From NCBI RefSeq assembly GCF_009914755.1, contig NC_060928.1: 64,000 nucleotides of DNA; one strand, written 5' to 3'. The notes under the pieces are model-generated. The model did not search any database. It worked only from the letters and a program-made list of their open reading frames with translations, and was not told where the DNA came from. Positions within the stretch are counted from its first letter, which is position 1. Every line of letters starts with the position of its first letter. Of this stretch, positions 1 to 16,389 are shown in pieces. The position numbers and the translations under genes are program-made. This stretch comes from the human T2T-CHM13v2.0 reference genome, Homo sapiens.

Positions 1-1239
1 ACTTTCTTAATGGATCTCTTGATATAGTAAAAACTGTGAATGGTTTTAATTGTCTAATGTATATTTTATGACAGATAAAAATATTATTATATCTGAATTC
101 ATGCTCTATTGCTAAAACTTAAGAATGTTATAAATAAACTACTTGAAATGTCCCATTTTTTGGGGAAAAAAACTTTTTATGAAGCTTAATGTGCAGTTAA
201 TTCAGAGCCTACACAAGAATGGCCTCCTCTTAAAAGACTAACTATTCATTATGTGGCATTTTGTAGAGAAATTTAACTAAAGCAATGTAGGCAGCTTCAC
301 TCCAGTTCTTGGCAATAAGCAACACTGATGATTAATGACCTACACTGGTAATTGGCTCTTGGTTACAGATGCCATGGACATTTAAGAAATGAGACTATAA
401 TGAATGGAAATATCTCAGTAGTTCAACTAGTGCTTACTCACTGAGGGATTAAGGTGACCTGACATGCTAGTGCAAGCCTGGTTATGTAAAACTGCATATG
501 CTGTTTTTAGGTTTTCTTTGCATGGCAGTAATTTTTTTTTTCACTTAAAAAGATCTTAGAGTTAGGAAAGCCTGCCAAACAGAGAACATTATGAAACAAA
601 TGCTACCAAAAACATTTGAAACCAACCTGCTAGTCAACCTAAGAGAAGTAGTTTCTTATTTTCTAAGCAAGTGACATTTCCTAATGATCACCTGCTATGA
701 ATGGGTTGTATTGTTACATTCTGTCAGACTTTAGCTTTATAAAGGTCTGTGCCTACAGGCGAACCCATGGGAACTGGGTCCTGGATTCTGCAAAGAAGAA
801 CCAAATCAAGAATCACTGTCCATGACCATTTTAAAGACCTGGTATAGGAAGTAAGCCTTTCTTCTTGTTTAAATTTGCCAGCTTTGCACTTGGATTTGCC
901 CTTTCAGATTTTGATGTGTCTGCACACTGAGATTTGTCAGTTAGTAATAAACTTTGCCAATAACTGACCATACCATATCTACCCACATTTTTTTTTTTTT
1001 TTTGAAAACTGGTTTTCTACAAGTCTTAACTTTTTTGGCTTCCAATTGGAGATTTTAGACTTGGGCAGTTTGGGGAGTGGCTGTAACTAAGAAAGCAATT
1101 CTCGCATGAGAGCCAGTGAAAGGCTTGGAAATATGAACATCTAGGTTGTTTCTGGAAGAACAGGCTGTATTTCAGCATGGCATGGGGTCTGTGGATGCAT
1201 ACGGTGCAGTAGACTCTAATGTTAAGCTCCACCTGATCG

Positions 1240-1895
1240 TAAGGGGCTCAAATGCCACTCATAACAGCTTGGCAATATCTTGTAGACTTGAAGTTTTCAA
1301 ACAGGATAATGAGACATGACCATCTTTTCGTATGTTTTTGGAAGATAGCTGTCTTAGGGTGAAGGACTTAGGGAGCAAGAGGAAAACTGGAACAAGAACT
1401 GAACATTTTTGTTAGCTCATCACCAAGATAATGAGGACTTAAATTAGGGAAGGGGCTGTAAGAGGGATAAGAAGAGCAAGTTCTGTAGTAGGTAAGGCAA
1501 GACTTGGCATGTCACAGAGGTAAGAGAGAAAACAGGAAGAGCTGAAGCTAACTCAGAGTTTTCTAGCCTGTGGGGGCAGAAATGATGGCTTTGTTATGCG
1601 AGGTATGCAGCACATGAGGAAATAGGTTTTGCTGAGAAAATGTTGAGGTTTGAATATGTGGAGGTTGAAGGACTGATGAGACATTTTTCTGTTAATTAAG
1701 GTCCAGCTAGTCGGCAGAATTTAGGATTGAGGTCAGGGATGAAAGACATAGAATTGTCAGTCATCTACTTGTAGGAAATGTTTTCTCAGTGTGAGCACAG
1801 TCAGTCCTTGGAGGGCAGGTCTAGGTTTTGTTCACTCCTGTGTTTCCAACCTTTAGTGGCTGGCACAGACATTACACTGAATACTGAATGAAATA
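1240..1895. mobile_element. Degenerate L2 LINE fragments (approximate boundaries)
   Basis: Purine-rich L2-like motifs and an L2 3'-end-like segment (gagggcagg...ttgttcact...tggcacag...tgaatgaa) at ~1810-1892; highly diverged. Confidence 0.4.
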
Positions 1896-3780
1896 ATGTG
1901 TCATATACTCCCCACCCCATTTCTTCTTTCCATTTTTCTACCAATTACTCCAAAGAAAAGAAATGTTAACCTTAAATAGTTGTATTATTATGATTTTCTT
2001 TCTAATTTAGAAGATAAACTTGCAGACTGAGAGGAGATTGGATTTTCAACACAATGGCTAAGTGTTCCTGATCTCTTATTTTCAATCTCCCTAATGCTAG
2101 CTTTTTAAAAATACGATGATTAACAACTTCTGCAAGACATTCAGACTTTATCACAGGTCTTGAACAAGAGTTAATTTTACTGTTTTGTTGAATGCTATAG
2201 CAATATATTAAAATTAGAAAGAAATATTCAGTTATGCAATATTAGGAATAAGGTTGGTTTCAACAAAACAGGTAGCCTTTCTAAAACAGAGAATGTGGTG
2301 AAAATAACAATGTTAAATTACAAATTAAACCAGTTCTTTGTCAGTGAGTAAAAACATGTTCTTGGAATTATGATTTTTTTTTAATAAAGCTGTTTGGGAG
2401 AAAAGTTCGGCTTTATCATGGTTTTCAGTCTAATCACATTGTAGCCCAAATTCACTAGTCTGAAGGTTTTCAGTGGTGGTAATGAGACAGGTATAGCAAA
2501 GGTTTAATAACTTGTGCTGTGTTTTGGCTACCTTATGTTATTTGTATATTATCTCTTTGTGTTTTAGAAATTGCCAATGTTCCTTTTTTCTGAAAAAGAA
2601 TTTTTATGTCTAAAATGAGCTTTTAAGGGATTTGACTGAAAAATAACTTTGGAAATGATAACCGATTTTATATGACTCTGATTAATCGTCAGCCACTTGT
2701 AAGCTCCTTGAAGAAAGGAACTGGATCTTTGTGTGTGTGTTCATGTGTATGTATGTGTTAGGAAGTTTACATCCAACAGAGGAAATTTATGTAATTTATA
2801 CATGCTGAATATGGATGAGGAAATGAGTGGTCATTGAATAGTGATCATCTACAAGATATTTTCAGAGACAAAAACTACATTAAACTGGTTTCAGGAAACA
2901 TCATAATTCCATCAAAAGTATAGCTTTTGAACCAATGACTTTCAGAGCTGTTCAGAAGGACGCCATTGTTAAACTGATGTGCTATCTTTTCAGTCTGTGA
3001 ACAGCACGTGGCATATCCAAACTGGCAGACAAAAGGTACGAACACCTATTGATTGCTCTTTGTTGTGTCTAGTGGGTGAATCAAACATTGAGAAGACTCT
3101 CAGTGACTTCTCCTTTTGCATTTTCTTTTCTATTCCAAGTCAAATATCACATAACATAGTAGGGAAGCCTGAAAACTGACAGTCTCTCTCATTGAGTATA
3201 AACCCTGTTCAGTATTTTTCTTTCCGGAATATTAGCCAGGGCTGTCACATTCTCTTCTATCTATGACCACCTCAGAATACACCTCTGCATGAGTAGGGAA
3301 GGTGCCGTGCTTGTGGGAGCCATATTCAGTGAAGCCCAGTTTGCATTCTAAACATTTCAGTGCACTGGGATGGCAGATGCCAGCAGAACGCTGTCCCTTG
3401 TCGGTCTTTGTCATTTCTCTTCATCCCCATGGCTGCCTCTAAGAAAAGTATAAAACCTCCTAGACTATGTCTAATTATGTAATCCCAGGTGGGCAAAAAC
3501 TGCTCCCTCTCTTCAACTAATGACAAGTTTATGATCTAGGGAGGAAGAATTGATAGTCCTGGTTATTTTTATGCTAACTAGTGCCAAGACAGATGCTGTT
3601 TTGTTCTTGGAGGTATCTAGAGAGGTCTCTCCCTCAGGTGCATCATGGAAACGGAGTTGGACTGTTTTCTGAGTACCAATACGGGAATTTTTTCTTTCTT
3701 CTCCAGGCCTTAGGGTAGAGCAGCAAGATTATCTGTTGGGTCTTTTAAAAGGGAAGTATCCACTCCCTTCCCCTGCCCCC

Positions 3781-3922
3781 TTTTATTTAGAGACAGTGTG
3801 TCGCTCTCTTGCCCAGGCTGGAATGCAGTGGCCTGATCATGGCTCACTCCTGGGTTCGAGCAATCCTCCTGCCTTGACCTCCCACAGCACTGGGATTACA
3901 GGCATGAGCCACCATGCCCGGC
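3781..3922 (-). mobile_element. Monomer-length old Alu (FLAM/AluJ-like)
   Basis: gagacag...gcccaggctggaatgcagtgg joined to ctcctgggttcgagcaatcctcctgcc...gggattacaggcatgagccaccatgcccggct. Confidence 0.85.
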
Positions 3923-5537
3923 TGGAAATATCCTCTTTTGAAGAGCATAAACTCTGTTTCCGCATACTTCAGATTAGTACTCCTCCTGTACCGTCTGTGA
4001 CTGCTGTGTCTCTGGGCTGCTGCTGAGCTTGTGGCTGTGTCCCTGCCCCTGTCCACACCCCCTGCCTGGCTCAGGCCTCAGAATGCTACTCTGATCTCCA
4101 GCATGGACTCGATGTATTTCTCATGAAAACTAATTGAATTTCGATTCTGAATGCCTGAATTCTCCATCAGTCATTTGATTATAGCTCAGCCTCCCCATAG
4201 GCCCATAAAGGAGAAGAAGTGCTGAGAGGATACTCTGGCTAAGGACTCTTCCTCATGACAAGGCAGGGTTTTGGAGAAATACCTCTCGTGCCCTGGCAAG
4301 TGAACCTTGCATGAGCTGGGAGGGCCCCTCTTGCCTTCTCATTGAAGTCTCAACTACTGATGGGGACAGGGCCTCTAAACGTGAGGCTACATGGTCATAT
4401 CACTCTGCAGATGAAAAAGGGCATGGAAAGATAAACTCATGAAAAGTCCTGTTAGGTATTGCCAGCCAGGGGCTCCTTCCCCGCAAAAAACAGCCCTGGC
4501 TTCTGTCCCTGCACTGGCCACACAGAGGCGATTCAAAGCTATATGGAGGGGCCAAAGAGGCCACAAGACTACTCACTCAGAGCTTCCTATTTGCTTTTTA
4601 TTGTAAGGTTATCCATCACCTTTTATAATGCCCTAATTGTGTCTTTAAAGTCCCTCTGTTTTTGTTCACTTTGACTACTAGTGAGACTTCTCTTCTTCCT
4701 TGGAGGTAAAGGAGGTGAGCAGCAGGGGGAGAAAAAAGCACTGACTTCCTTCTGGAAGTCAGTCATTTCAGCCAGTACCATGTATTTCAATGCTTTCCCA
4801 TTTTGTTGCCAACAATAGCTTTTGACATAGGCCTGTCTTCTCCTGGGCATCTCCTTCTGCTGGGGTTTCATGACTTTGGTGGATAAGACCTCCAGCCTTT
4901 CCCTAGGCTCTTGGCTCAGGGTGGGTTCTGTGTCTCAGAGCTCCTTGAGAGTGGCTGAGGGCTCAGGGAGGGACATGCCTGCCTTCTGCTCCTACATGGG
5001 GGTTGAAAGCCCTGGATCTCCAGGGGCCGGAAGTGACCACCACTTTCTTTCCTTTCTCACAGCCTAGTTTCTGTGTGGCAATCCACAGCACATCTAGCTT
5101 GTTCTTGCCTTTGAACCCTCACTCGCGCAGTTCCTGTTTTCTGGAGTCCTTTTCCTTATGACATTTCAAATTTGACTTATCCTTCAAGGCTTTTGTCATC
5201 TTAACTCCTCAGCACGTAGGGTCTCTTCTGCAAATGTAGAGATTATTCCATACTGTCTTATACTTGTGTTCAGTGAGACAATTCCATTTCTCTATTTTTT
5301 TTTTCTTGGCTCACACTTGCCAAAATTATTCTGAGTTATTTGCAAACTTCTACCTAGAATCTAAGTGTCTTTTGGGGCCTAGCTACTTCCTAGGGATCTG
5401 ATTAAACTTGATCAAACCTTGCTTCCCCAGCTAGTGACAGGCCAGAATTCTCCCTCCAGTTGCTGAATGTCTGGGGTCACTTTCTCATCACTGAGATAAA
5501 AGCTGCTTTGTTTGTTCTGTCTTTCACTCTGCCCTAG

Positions 5538-5630
5538 AGCAGGGGTTGGTAAATTATGATCATTTCCTGCTGGCCAAATCTGGCCTATTGCCTGTCTTTG
5601 TATGACCTGTGAACTAAGAATGAGTTTCAC
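5538..5630. mobile_element. hAT-Charlie MER58-like fragment
   Basis: Terminus caggggttggtaaa followed by ggccaaatctggcc...gaactaagaatg resembles the recalled MER58 consensus. Confidence 0.5.
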
Positions 5631-6004
5631 AGAAGCTTTACTGATAACACAGTCAATTAACTCATATTTTGTATGTGATATGTATTATATACTGTAATCT
5701 TACAATCAGATAAGTTAGACAAAAGAAAATGTTATTAAGAAAACGTAAGGAAGAGAAAATGTATTAACTATTCATTAAGTGGAAGTGGATAATTGGAAAG
5801 GTCTTCATCTTTATTGTTTTTATATTGAGTACGGAGGAGAAGGGGCTGGCCTTGCTTTCTCAGGGATAGTAGAGGCAGAAGAGGTGGAAGACATGGAAGG
5901 GGAGGCAGGAGAGGCAGGCACACTCGGTGTAACTTTTTTTTGAAAAAAATCCATGCATAAGTTGACTCATGCAGTTCAAAGCTGTGCTGTTCATGGGTCA
6001 GCTA
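5631..6004. mobile_element. TcMar-Tigger2 (MER28-like) DNA transposon fragment
   Basis: tattcattaagtggaagtggat...aaaggtcttcatc and terminal gcagttcaaagctgtgctgttcatgggtcagct match the recalled Tigger2 end. Confidence 0.75.
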
Positions 6005-8332
6005 CACACGACTTGCCGAGTGCTCACACTGGAGTTATTGCTCTTTGACTCTTTTCTGACTCTATACATCATTCTTTTTTTACCACTTTCTACCCAATCC
6101 TCTCCCTCCCTGCAATGTCTGGCAAATTTATTTTCTTATCTACTACAGCTTAGTTTCACCTAAAACAATGTCTCCTGGCACGTTTACCTCCAATGAGGAA
6201 ATCTGGGGCCAGCTGTTAATATAATTGCACTTCCCATCTTTCTCTACATTTTTAATGCACCTTAAACAAAAGCATTGTCTCCTTGATAATCTCTCAGCTT
6301 CTTTACTCTGACTTTTACGATTTATTAAAATATTTGAGAAACAATATGCCTGATAATTAGAATCAACAATAAAATATATATATGTCGTGGTTTCCAAGAA
6401 CCCTGGAGCATGGTGTGGGGTGGGAGGTGGGGGATGGCAGGGACCTAGAAAGGTCATTGAGGCAGTGAGGTAGTGATTCACTTAAGTCCCACAACTGGTT
6501 AGTATCGTTAGTCATTCACTCAAGACCAGGACTCAGGTTTCCTGACTCACATCAAACCACACTAGCTCCTCGAATGTCCTTTAAATTTTCTCCTAGTAAG
6601 GAATGATACAAGCAAATAAATCAACAAACTTATATAATTTCACATATTTAACTGGTGGGGCAAGATGATCCAAAGTAATAATCATGATATGATGTCAACT
6701 GTGGAAAGCTATCAGGAGGGAATTACCAATGAAGTGCCTGAGATGGTGATAGCATGCATGTGCACACAGGCAGGTAGATGAAGTGCCCCTTCCAAGCTTC
6801 CTTCTTAAATAGCACAGCACCAAAGACAATTATCTCTACTGAATTGCAAAAGCAATAATTATTGTATCTCCTAGAATACTCCATTTTTTCCTATTTTCTC
6901 ACCTCACCGCTAATTTAAGATAACTCGATGGCATTTCAGTAGGAGAAAAGAATTTGTATGTAAATGAGGGAACAGACAAAAACAGGTTATTAAAGTCCAT
7001 TGGATTCTAGAAAGCTTCACATTTGATTAAAAAACTATGATTCTACAAAAGTGTTTAAGAACATCTGGAGATTTTTTTCCACTAAATTATTTTGAGAATA
7101 GTAATGTGATTTTTATTCTAGAGTAAAATGAATTCTGCAGCAGCTTTGTAATAAAAGTGCAGCAAAGTGAAAATTATCTGAAAACTTTGCCTGCCTCAAC
7201 CATAGCATTAACACCATATATATTGGGAAGCAGAGGCATTTCTGCCAGTTCATTCTCTCCTTTTAGATGTGACTTTTTGATAGGACGTGTATATATCTGT
7301 GTCTATATATGTATAGGTACATACATACATAGCAGTAAGTTTTTTATTATAATTATTAAAATGCAAAATTATAAACAACTTCACATAAATAGAATATTTT
7401 ACGATTTAAAAATTATGTCAACAGATTACATGGTTAACATTATTTATGTTAATGTTAAGTATTTGAAAGTAGTCACCACTAATCTTCAATAGGATGTGAG
7501 GCTTCTTACAGTTTTAAACACATTGTAGAATCAGGCAACAGAGACCATCAGTTCAATGTTAAAGAAACAGAAAGCATTGTTTGATGCCATCAACTCAGGC
7601 AGGATTTCAGAGGATCAATGACATCCTATTTTTTTTCCTTAGGTAGGTAGAAGAGACTAGGTGTGTGGTAAGAAACTGAGAAATAGCTTAAATTGATCAG
7701 ATAGTTATAAGCCCTTGATACTGTAGTTGCACATTTTGTTTTAGGTTCCTAAACATCTAAGAATATAAAATAAATTTATCAATATTTATTCGGCAAAGGA
7801 GAGAGAGAGTGTGAGAATCTGTATGTGAGATGACCATCACATAAATCTTCCAACATGGCATGGCAAATGGAGAGAAATGGGAATAAAATGTAACTTCTAG
7901 AACTACTTTTTATCAATCAGCTTTGACCTCTATTTCAGGACAGATTGTTTAAGTATTTTCTTATTGGTGGAAAAAAAAGACTTCTCGATTTGTTCACGGA
8001 AGCTCTTAGACTGATTCCTCTAAGGGATATAAGAGGGACGCTTTCCTTGAAATCATTTTGCTTTATTCAATACATTGTACCAACTTAGTACACATTTTGG
8101 ATTTCTCAACTTCTTAGACTTGTATATATGATAGTTTTCTATTGAGTTTTTGACTTCCTATGTTACAGATTTTGTGATTACAATGTTACCCTATTCTCTA
8201 GAGATTCATGGTTGTGAATCTCAAGAGTAGTTATTAGCTAAATAAGATTTCTAACAAAATTAAAGGGTTATGGAAGATGCTATTGATAATTTTGTAATAT
8301 CAGAAAAGTGGTAGCAAATTGAACAGAAGTTC

Positions 8333-8358
8333 TGTGTGTGTGTGTGTGTGTGTGTGTG
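8333..8358. repeat. (TG)n microsatellite
   Basis: Direct reading. Confidence 0.95.
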
Positions 8359-8378
8359 CGCGTGCGAGCTGTGGACAC

Positions 8379-8842
8379 TGTGACAGGCAACATAATAGCT
8401 TCCGAAAGATGTCCATGTGCTGATTTCTGGAATTTGTAAATCTGTTACCTTACATGCAAAGGGAATTTTGTAGACATGATTAAGAGCATCTTGATTATCC
8501 AGATGGGCCTAGTTTAATTACACGTTTCCTTTAAAGTGAAAGAGGGAAGCTGGAGGGTGAGAGAGGGAGATATGATGATGGAAATGGGGATCAGAGTGAT
8601 GTGACTGCTGACTGGTAGATATAAACCAAGAAATGTGGTCATCCTCTAGAAGCTAGAAGAGACAAGGAAACAGATTCTCCCCCACAGCCTCCAGAAGGTG
8701 TGCAGCCTGCCTATACCTTGATTTTAGCCTTGTGATACCCACTTTGGGCTTCTGACCCCTCCAGATCTGTAAGATAAATTTGTGTGGTTTTAAACTACTA
8801 TGTTTATGGTAAATTTTTACAGCAGCAATAGGAACCTGATAT
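8379..8842 (+). mobile_element. MaLR solo LTR, MLT1D-like
   Basis: tgttaccttacatgcaaaggga...ttgattatccagatgggcct...ctagaagctagaagagacaaggaaacagattctccc...acagcagcaataggaa. Confidence 0.8.
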
Positions 8843-10089
8843 GGATAGATACCGTCTGAAAGTCTGGTGAAACCTATGAGTCTCTTTGCAGGATAATATT
8901 TTAAAATGCAGAAAATAAAATAGAGATAACACACATCTCTATGTATAAAACAAAATACAGAGATACTGAAAAGGAAATCAAGTAGATTAAAAACTTTTAC
9001 CATAACATTAAACAAATTTGTGATATAGTAATATATGTACTTTGTGTTAATATCTTAAATGACAAGGTAAATCATTTAAAATATAGACAAGTTAAATGTG
9101 ATCTTGTAAATATTTGTCAGTGTGAAGGCTAACCATTTGTTGACTCTGCCCAATTCATGTTTAACAAGTTGTACAGTCCTATAGAGGATTAAGAATTGAA
9201 ATTTGAACAGTAGAGATTTGTAAAACTTTGAGTTTTCATCTTTTTCCAAGTTTGGTCAAGGAACAATTGTACGTGGGGAACACTGGAAAACAAAGTCATT
9301 GTCTGGGTCACCAATAAGAAAGTCCATGATGTCACTGTTAACTGAATAACTGAGAGGGAGAACTACCCAGTAGTTGGCCAGCTATCTTGCATAAGTATTG
9401 TTAGAAAAATTCCACGCAGTCTCCAAAGGGGTTTAATAACTACCATGATTTCAAATTAGAGATGAGTATAAATATTATTTTGATATACCTGTGAAAACCA
9501 TATTGTGGTATGAAAATATCTATGCTATTTGTGACAAAATGACAGATACCACTAGTACTTTTTTCCTATATTTATAATTTAATGAAATGCTAAATTTTCA
9601 CTAGAGATTAAAAACAAAAGATGGATTCTTTTTCAATTCACTTTCATGGGCCCTGTAAATTCTATCCATAGGTCCCAGGTTGAGAACAACTAGAATGGAA
9701 GCAGGACAACGAGTGGTTTTGTAAAATGGAGCTATTCTTCTTCCTCTTTTTCATTCTAATTTTGAGAAGAAGGGTTGTCTTGCTTATGAACATAAATCAC
9801 ATTAAAATACACAAAACACACAGAGACGTGATGGATCTGTCTTGCCAGCCCCTGATGGTGGAGATTTGATTGGTTGTGGCTAAGGGATCAATTTCCTTTC
9901 TCTCGATGTGTCTTCTTTTTCTTCCTTAATCAAAGTGTTTCTTTTCATAGGGAGGCAAGTAATTTTTTAAAATTATTTGATAATGAGAAAATTATATTCT
10001 ATGTCATAAGAAAATAATTAAGTGGGAGGTCAAGAATGGAGGTTAAGCAGATATTTAGATCAGATCATTTGTGAGATTATTTGTAAATA

Positions 10090-10448
10090 TGCTGTATGTA
10101 CTGAATGTTTGTGTTCTAAGTTCATTGGTTGAAATCCTAACCCCCAATGTGATGGTATTAGGAGGTGGGGCTGCTGGGAGGTGATTAGGTCATGAGGGCA
10201 AACCCTTATGATGAGATTAGTGCCCTTATCAAAGAGATCCCAAAGGGCTCCCTCGCTCTTTCCATCCTGTGAGATCACAGTGAGAAGATGGTCATCTGTG
10301 ATTCAGGAAGTGGTCCCACCCCAGGTACCAAATCTGCTGGCACCTTAATTTTGGACTTTTTAGCGTTCAGAACTGTGATAAATAAATGCCTATTGTTTAA
10401 GCTGCCCAGTCAATATCATTTTGTTATAAAACCGGAATGGACTTTATA
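10090..10448 (+). mobile_element. MaLR solo LTR (MLT1A/MSTD-like)
   Basis: tgaaatcctaacccccaatgtgatggtattaggaggtgggg...aaatctgctggcaccttaattttggactt...aataaat. Confidence 0.8.
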
Positions 10449-12291
10449 ATATGTGTCATATGAAAATTAAGGGAAATGATATTATGATGTCTGTATTGTC
10501 ATTTTTTCAAGGAAAGTTACAGAATTGATTTGAGCATGAATATCCTGATAGTGCAAACCAATCAGACATGTTACTTAAAGAAATCTTGTCCTGTGAGGGA
10601 GTAGATCTACAACTTCAATTGTACAACCCAACTTGGAGAGTAGCGTGGGTGTTCTTCAAACACTTAGGTATTCCCTGATATCAAGAGTGAAGTGCCCATT
10701 GTTTATAATTCACAGAAACAATGGACCTGTTTCCCTCAATCCTTTTAAAATTGAACATTACTCATTTTTTATTGAAAAAACCTTTTTTTCTATATAAAAT
10801 ACGGCTCTTATTTAACTTGCTGTCATGAAGACAAATTGAGCTAGTCAACTCAGTAGTAAAATAGACCTCTGTTCAAATGTAGTCAGTAAAAAGTCCAGCT
10901 AAGTTGGCATTTTGCAGGGTTTGCATTAAAGCATAAGAAATGACAACTTGCTGAAGAGCAAACCAGGCAAAACAGACATCCAAGTTCAAGAGAAAGTTGA
11001 AATCTGGAAGGAATACCTGAGCTTTTTGAAAATGACAAGGAAAGCTGCACCTGGATTCTGCTGTGACCACCATCGATTCCATTCTATTACTTAGCCATAT
11101 GGGACAAAGGTAGATCTCATGAGGTTTTTAGAAAGAACCTAAGGTATATTACGACAAGTGAGAATACATAATAAATCAATAGCCAGATGTTGCTGGCTAT
11201 AATGGAACTTGTTGATCCGTAGCAGAGACTTTGGATTAATTTTCAGTGTAAAAAATGCATCAGAAACAGCTGACTGAAACTTGTAGAAAACTGAAGTGAA
11301 GAATTTCTTATCTGATTAAAGACTGAGAGGCAGAAGCAATCTTCACTAGAGTGTGAACACTGTATTCAGTTACTGATTTTTTGCTAGTAATCTTAGATTT
11401 CATATATTTTGATATTTCTTCCTTCCCTCCCTGACCAACCACACTCATTTGTAGTTGTGTGTATGCACTGATGTATGTAGGCCATAGAATGTGTGCAAAG
11501 AGGTAGATTTGTGCATATGAATTGTAAATTAACCAGAGCTACAGAGTAGACAGATCGGTAAGTTTATCAGGCTTTTATAGTCACCTACTAGAGTCCTTGA
11601 TGAAGGTTATGGAGCTAAACATGGAGTTAAGAGACATATCTCAGGCAGAATCCTTATTTAAACATGTAAAACTACAAGTCCAAATATCCCTTGATATTTG
11701 AAAACACTATTAATGTCTATTATCATAGTGACCCCAATGGTTATAAGGACTTGTGAATTCACCAGTTATGTACAAGCGCCCTGGCTATTGCACACTTCAC
11801 ACTGCAAACTACCCTGTTAGGTGTGGGATTTAGACATGATGCCAGTAGATGGAGGCATCATGTAGGACCAGGGGTTGGGAGGTAAAGTATGTGCGATCAG
11901 GCACCAGAGAAAGGAGGAGAAAGAGGCTGGGATTTCTGTGGCACACTAATTTGGTGACATGGTTTGGATATTTGTCCCCTCCAAATCTCCTGTTGAAATT
12001 TCATTCTCAATGTTGGAGGTGGGGCTTGGTGGGAAGTGTTTGGGTTATGGGGGTGGATCTCTCATAAATGGCTTGCTCCCCTGTAGTGATGAGTGAGTTT
12101 TCACTCCATTAGTTCACCCAAGAGCTGGTTGTTAGAAAGAGTCTGGCACCTTCTGTCCTCCTTACTCCCTCCCTCACCTTTTGACATGCCAGCTCCCATT
12201 GCCTTCTGCTATGAGCAAAAGCTTCCTGAGGCCCCACCAGAAGCAGATGCTGGCTCCATGCTTCTTGTAAGCCTACAGAACCAAGAGCTTT

Positions 12292-12478
12292 ATTTATTTA
12301 TTTTTTTTTTTGCAGATGAAGAGAAATATAACTTTTTATTTTTCTCATACAACTACATTTTTTTAAACATATTAAAAGTCTTCTAGAACTTCCACAGTGC
12401 ACAAATAGGGCATTGAGGGGTTTTGTTGTTGTTGTTTTTTTGAGACGGAGTCTTGCTCTATCTCCTAGGCCTTGAGGT
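12292..12478 (-). other. L1 3'-transduced sequence with second poly(A) tail
   Basis: Non-L1, non-MST sequence lying inside the TSDs (accaagagcttt at 12280-12291 and 14563-14574); minus-strand AATAAA at 12340-12335; poly(A) at 12292-12311. Confidence 0.85.
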
Positions 12479-14567
<2,089 letters not shown>

Positions 14568-15179
14568 GAGCTTTAAATAAGCCTCTTTTCTTTGTAAATT
14601 ACTCAGCCTCTGGTATTCCTTTGTAGTAAAGCAAACAATCTAATACACTTGGTTAAAGAAAGAGGAAAGCAGTGATTTTCATTTTGATGCAGCACTTTGG
14701 CCAGGCAGTGTTAGCATGAGTACATCAGCTGGTTATGTCAAGATGTGTAGCTGGGTTGCTTTTGCTGTTTTCTAGACTTTCCAGTCTTTTTTTCTTTCCT
14801 TTTGAAAGAGGAACTGAATCTTTAATTCTGTTTTTTTTTTTTCAGTCTTGTTGCTTAACCATTTAATACACAGCAGGTCATCTGGCACATGTACTATTCT
14901 AAGCTTTATGGATACCATGATGGATACATCAGCATCCTCAAGGAGTCTGAAGTTGAAGTTGGAGATGTAAATAGATCATTCCTTCTTGCTTAATACGAGA
15001 CTGGCTGGAGGCCTTCATTTTAAAGAAAGAAACTAACATTTGCTGAATTTTGACTGTGTCCAAGCACTATGCTAGGGGCCTTAACATTCATTATATACCA
15101 CATAATCCTTGAAAAAATTCAGTGGTGTGGAAGAGTCCCACAGCATATCTACCAGCAGCCACCAACTCTCAATAGCTTT

Positions 15180-15380
15180 TTAGGCAACTTAAGGCTGAAT
15201 TCACTGCTATCTAAATGGATCTTGGTCAAGCTACTTAACTTTCCTGAAAATCAGTGTCCCCAAAAGATTAAATTGGTTGTAATTAATAATATCTACTTCC
15301 AGGATGAGAATCAAATGAAATAAAATAATTTACAATACTAAAATACTGAGCGTACTATCATAATTCAATGAATGTTTCCT
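15180..15380 (+). mobile_element. MIR SINE (degenerate)
   Basis: atcttggtcaagctacttaactttcctgaaaatcagtgtcccc...aataatatctacttccaggatgagaatcaaatga core. Confidence 0.6.
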
Positions 15381-16389
15381 CTTCTACATTCTTTCCATTT
15401 TACATTAAAATGAAAGGAATTGTCATTCTTTCACACATGGCTTCTCAAGGATAGAGCTCCTATAACATATGTATCACTGGCAACACTGAAAAGAATCCAG
15501 CGGAAATAAAAGCTGATGATCAATGGCCGGGTCTTGCCTTCAACCCTATCAGTGCTAGCTCCAGGGACATACAACTCCTGCTATATTGGGCATGAAATGA
15601 TTTAACTGTTATGTTCTGGGCTGCTGTTAGCAGAGGGATGTTGAATGGTCTTACATGGGTAGTGTCATGGCTTTGTGGAAACAGAGAGTTGCTTTTCAGC
15701 TACTTTCTTTAAAAAATTTAATTTTCCTCATCCCTTCCATTTTTGACAGCAGAAGAATGCTGCAGCCATGTCAAAGCATTCTAGACCTAAAGGGAAAATA
15801 ATCTCCCAGAATGTTCAGAGGAGGTTTCTGATTGGCTCAGAACCAACCCCTTAGACCTTCAAGGAGGAAGAATCACTATCAGGCCACATGAAGTATTAGA
15901 ATTTATTGCCTATCAGTATGGGTAGTAAAATTTATTTTGAAAAGGATATATAAACACTTTTAGAAAATAGTACATATCTATGGTTAAAAAATTGTGCTAT
16001 AGATTTAACTTGCTTAAGACTGTTGCTGCCCTTGCCAAATGCACTTTTATTTGTTACGTTAGATCTTTAAAATGACCTTGGTAGCTGTAAATTATATGCT
16101 TTGTATTGTTTCAACACAAATTGATTTCAACTTTCAAGTTGAAATGGCATCCTTTAATGCTCATGTTGTAAGCGGGAATATTATCTCTCTCATCCTTCTT
16201 TGTACCTCTTTTCTATCTCCTCTGTCTCATGGTTCTGTCATCAGTACCTTTGCTTTTCGTTGTTAAGTTCAGCCTTGAATGTAAAAAGGGAGAATGTGAG
16301 GCCATCTGGCAAATAAGTCAGGAACAAAGGTTTAAAGAAAAGTGAGGTTAAACAGTGTAATTCCTCTGGTGTTTACTTCTCTGATTATC

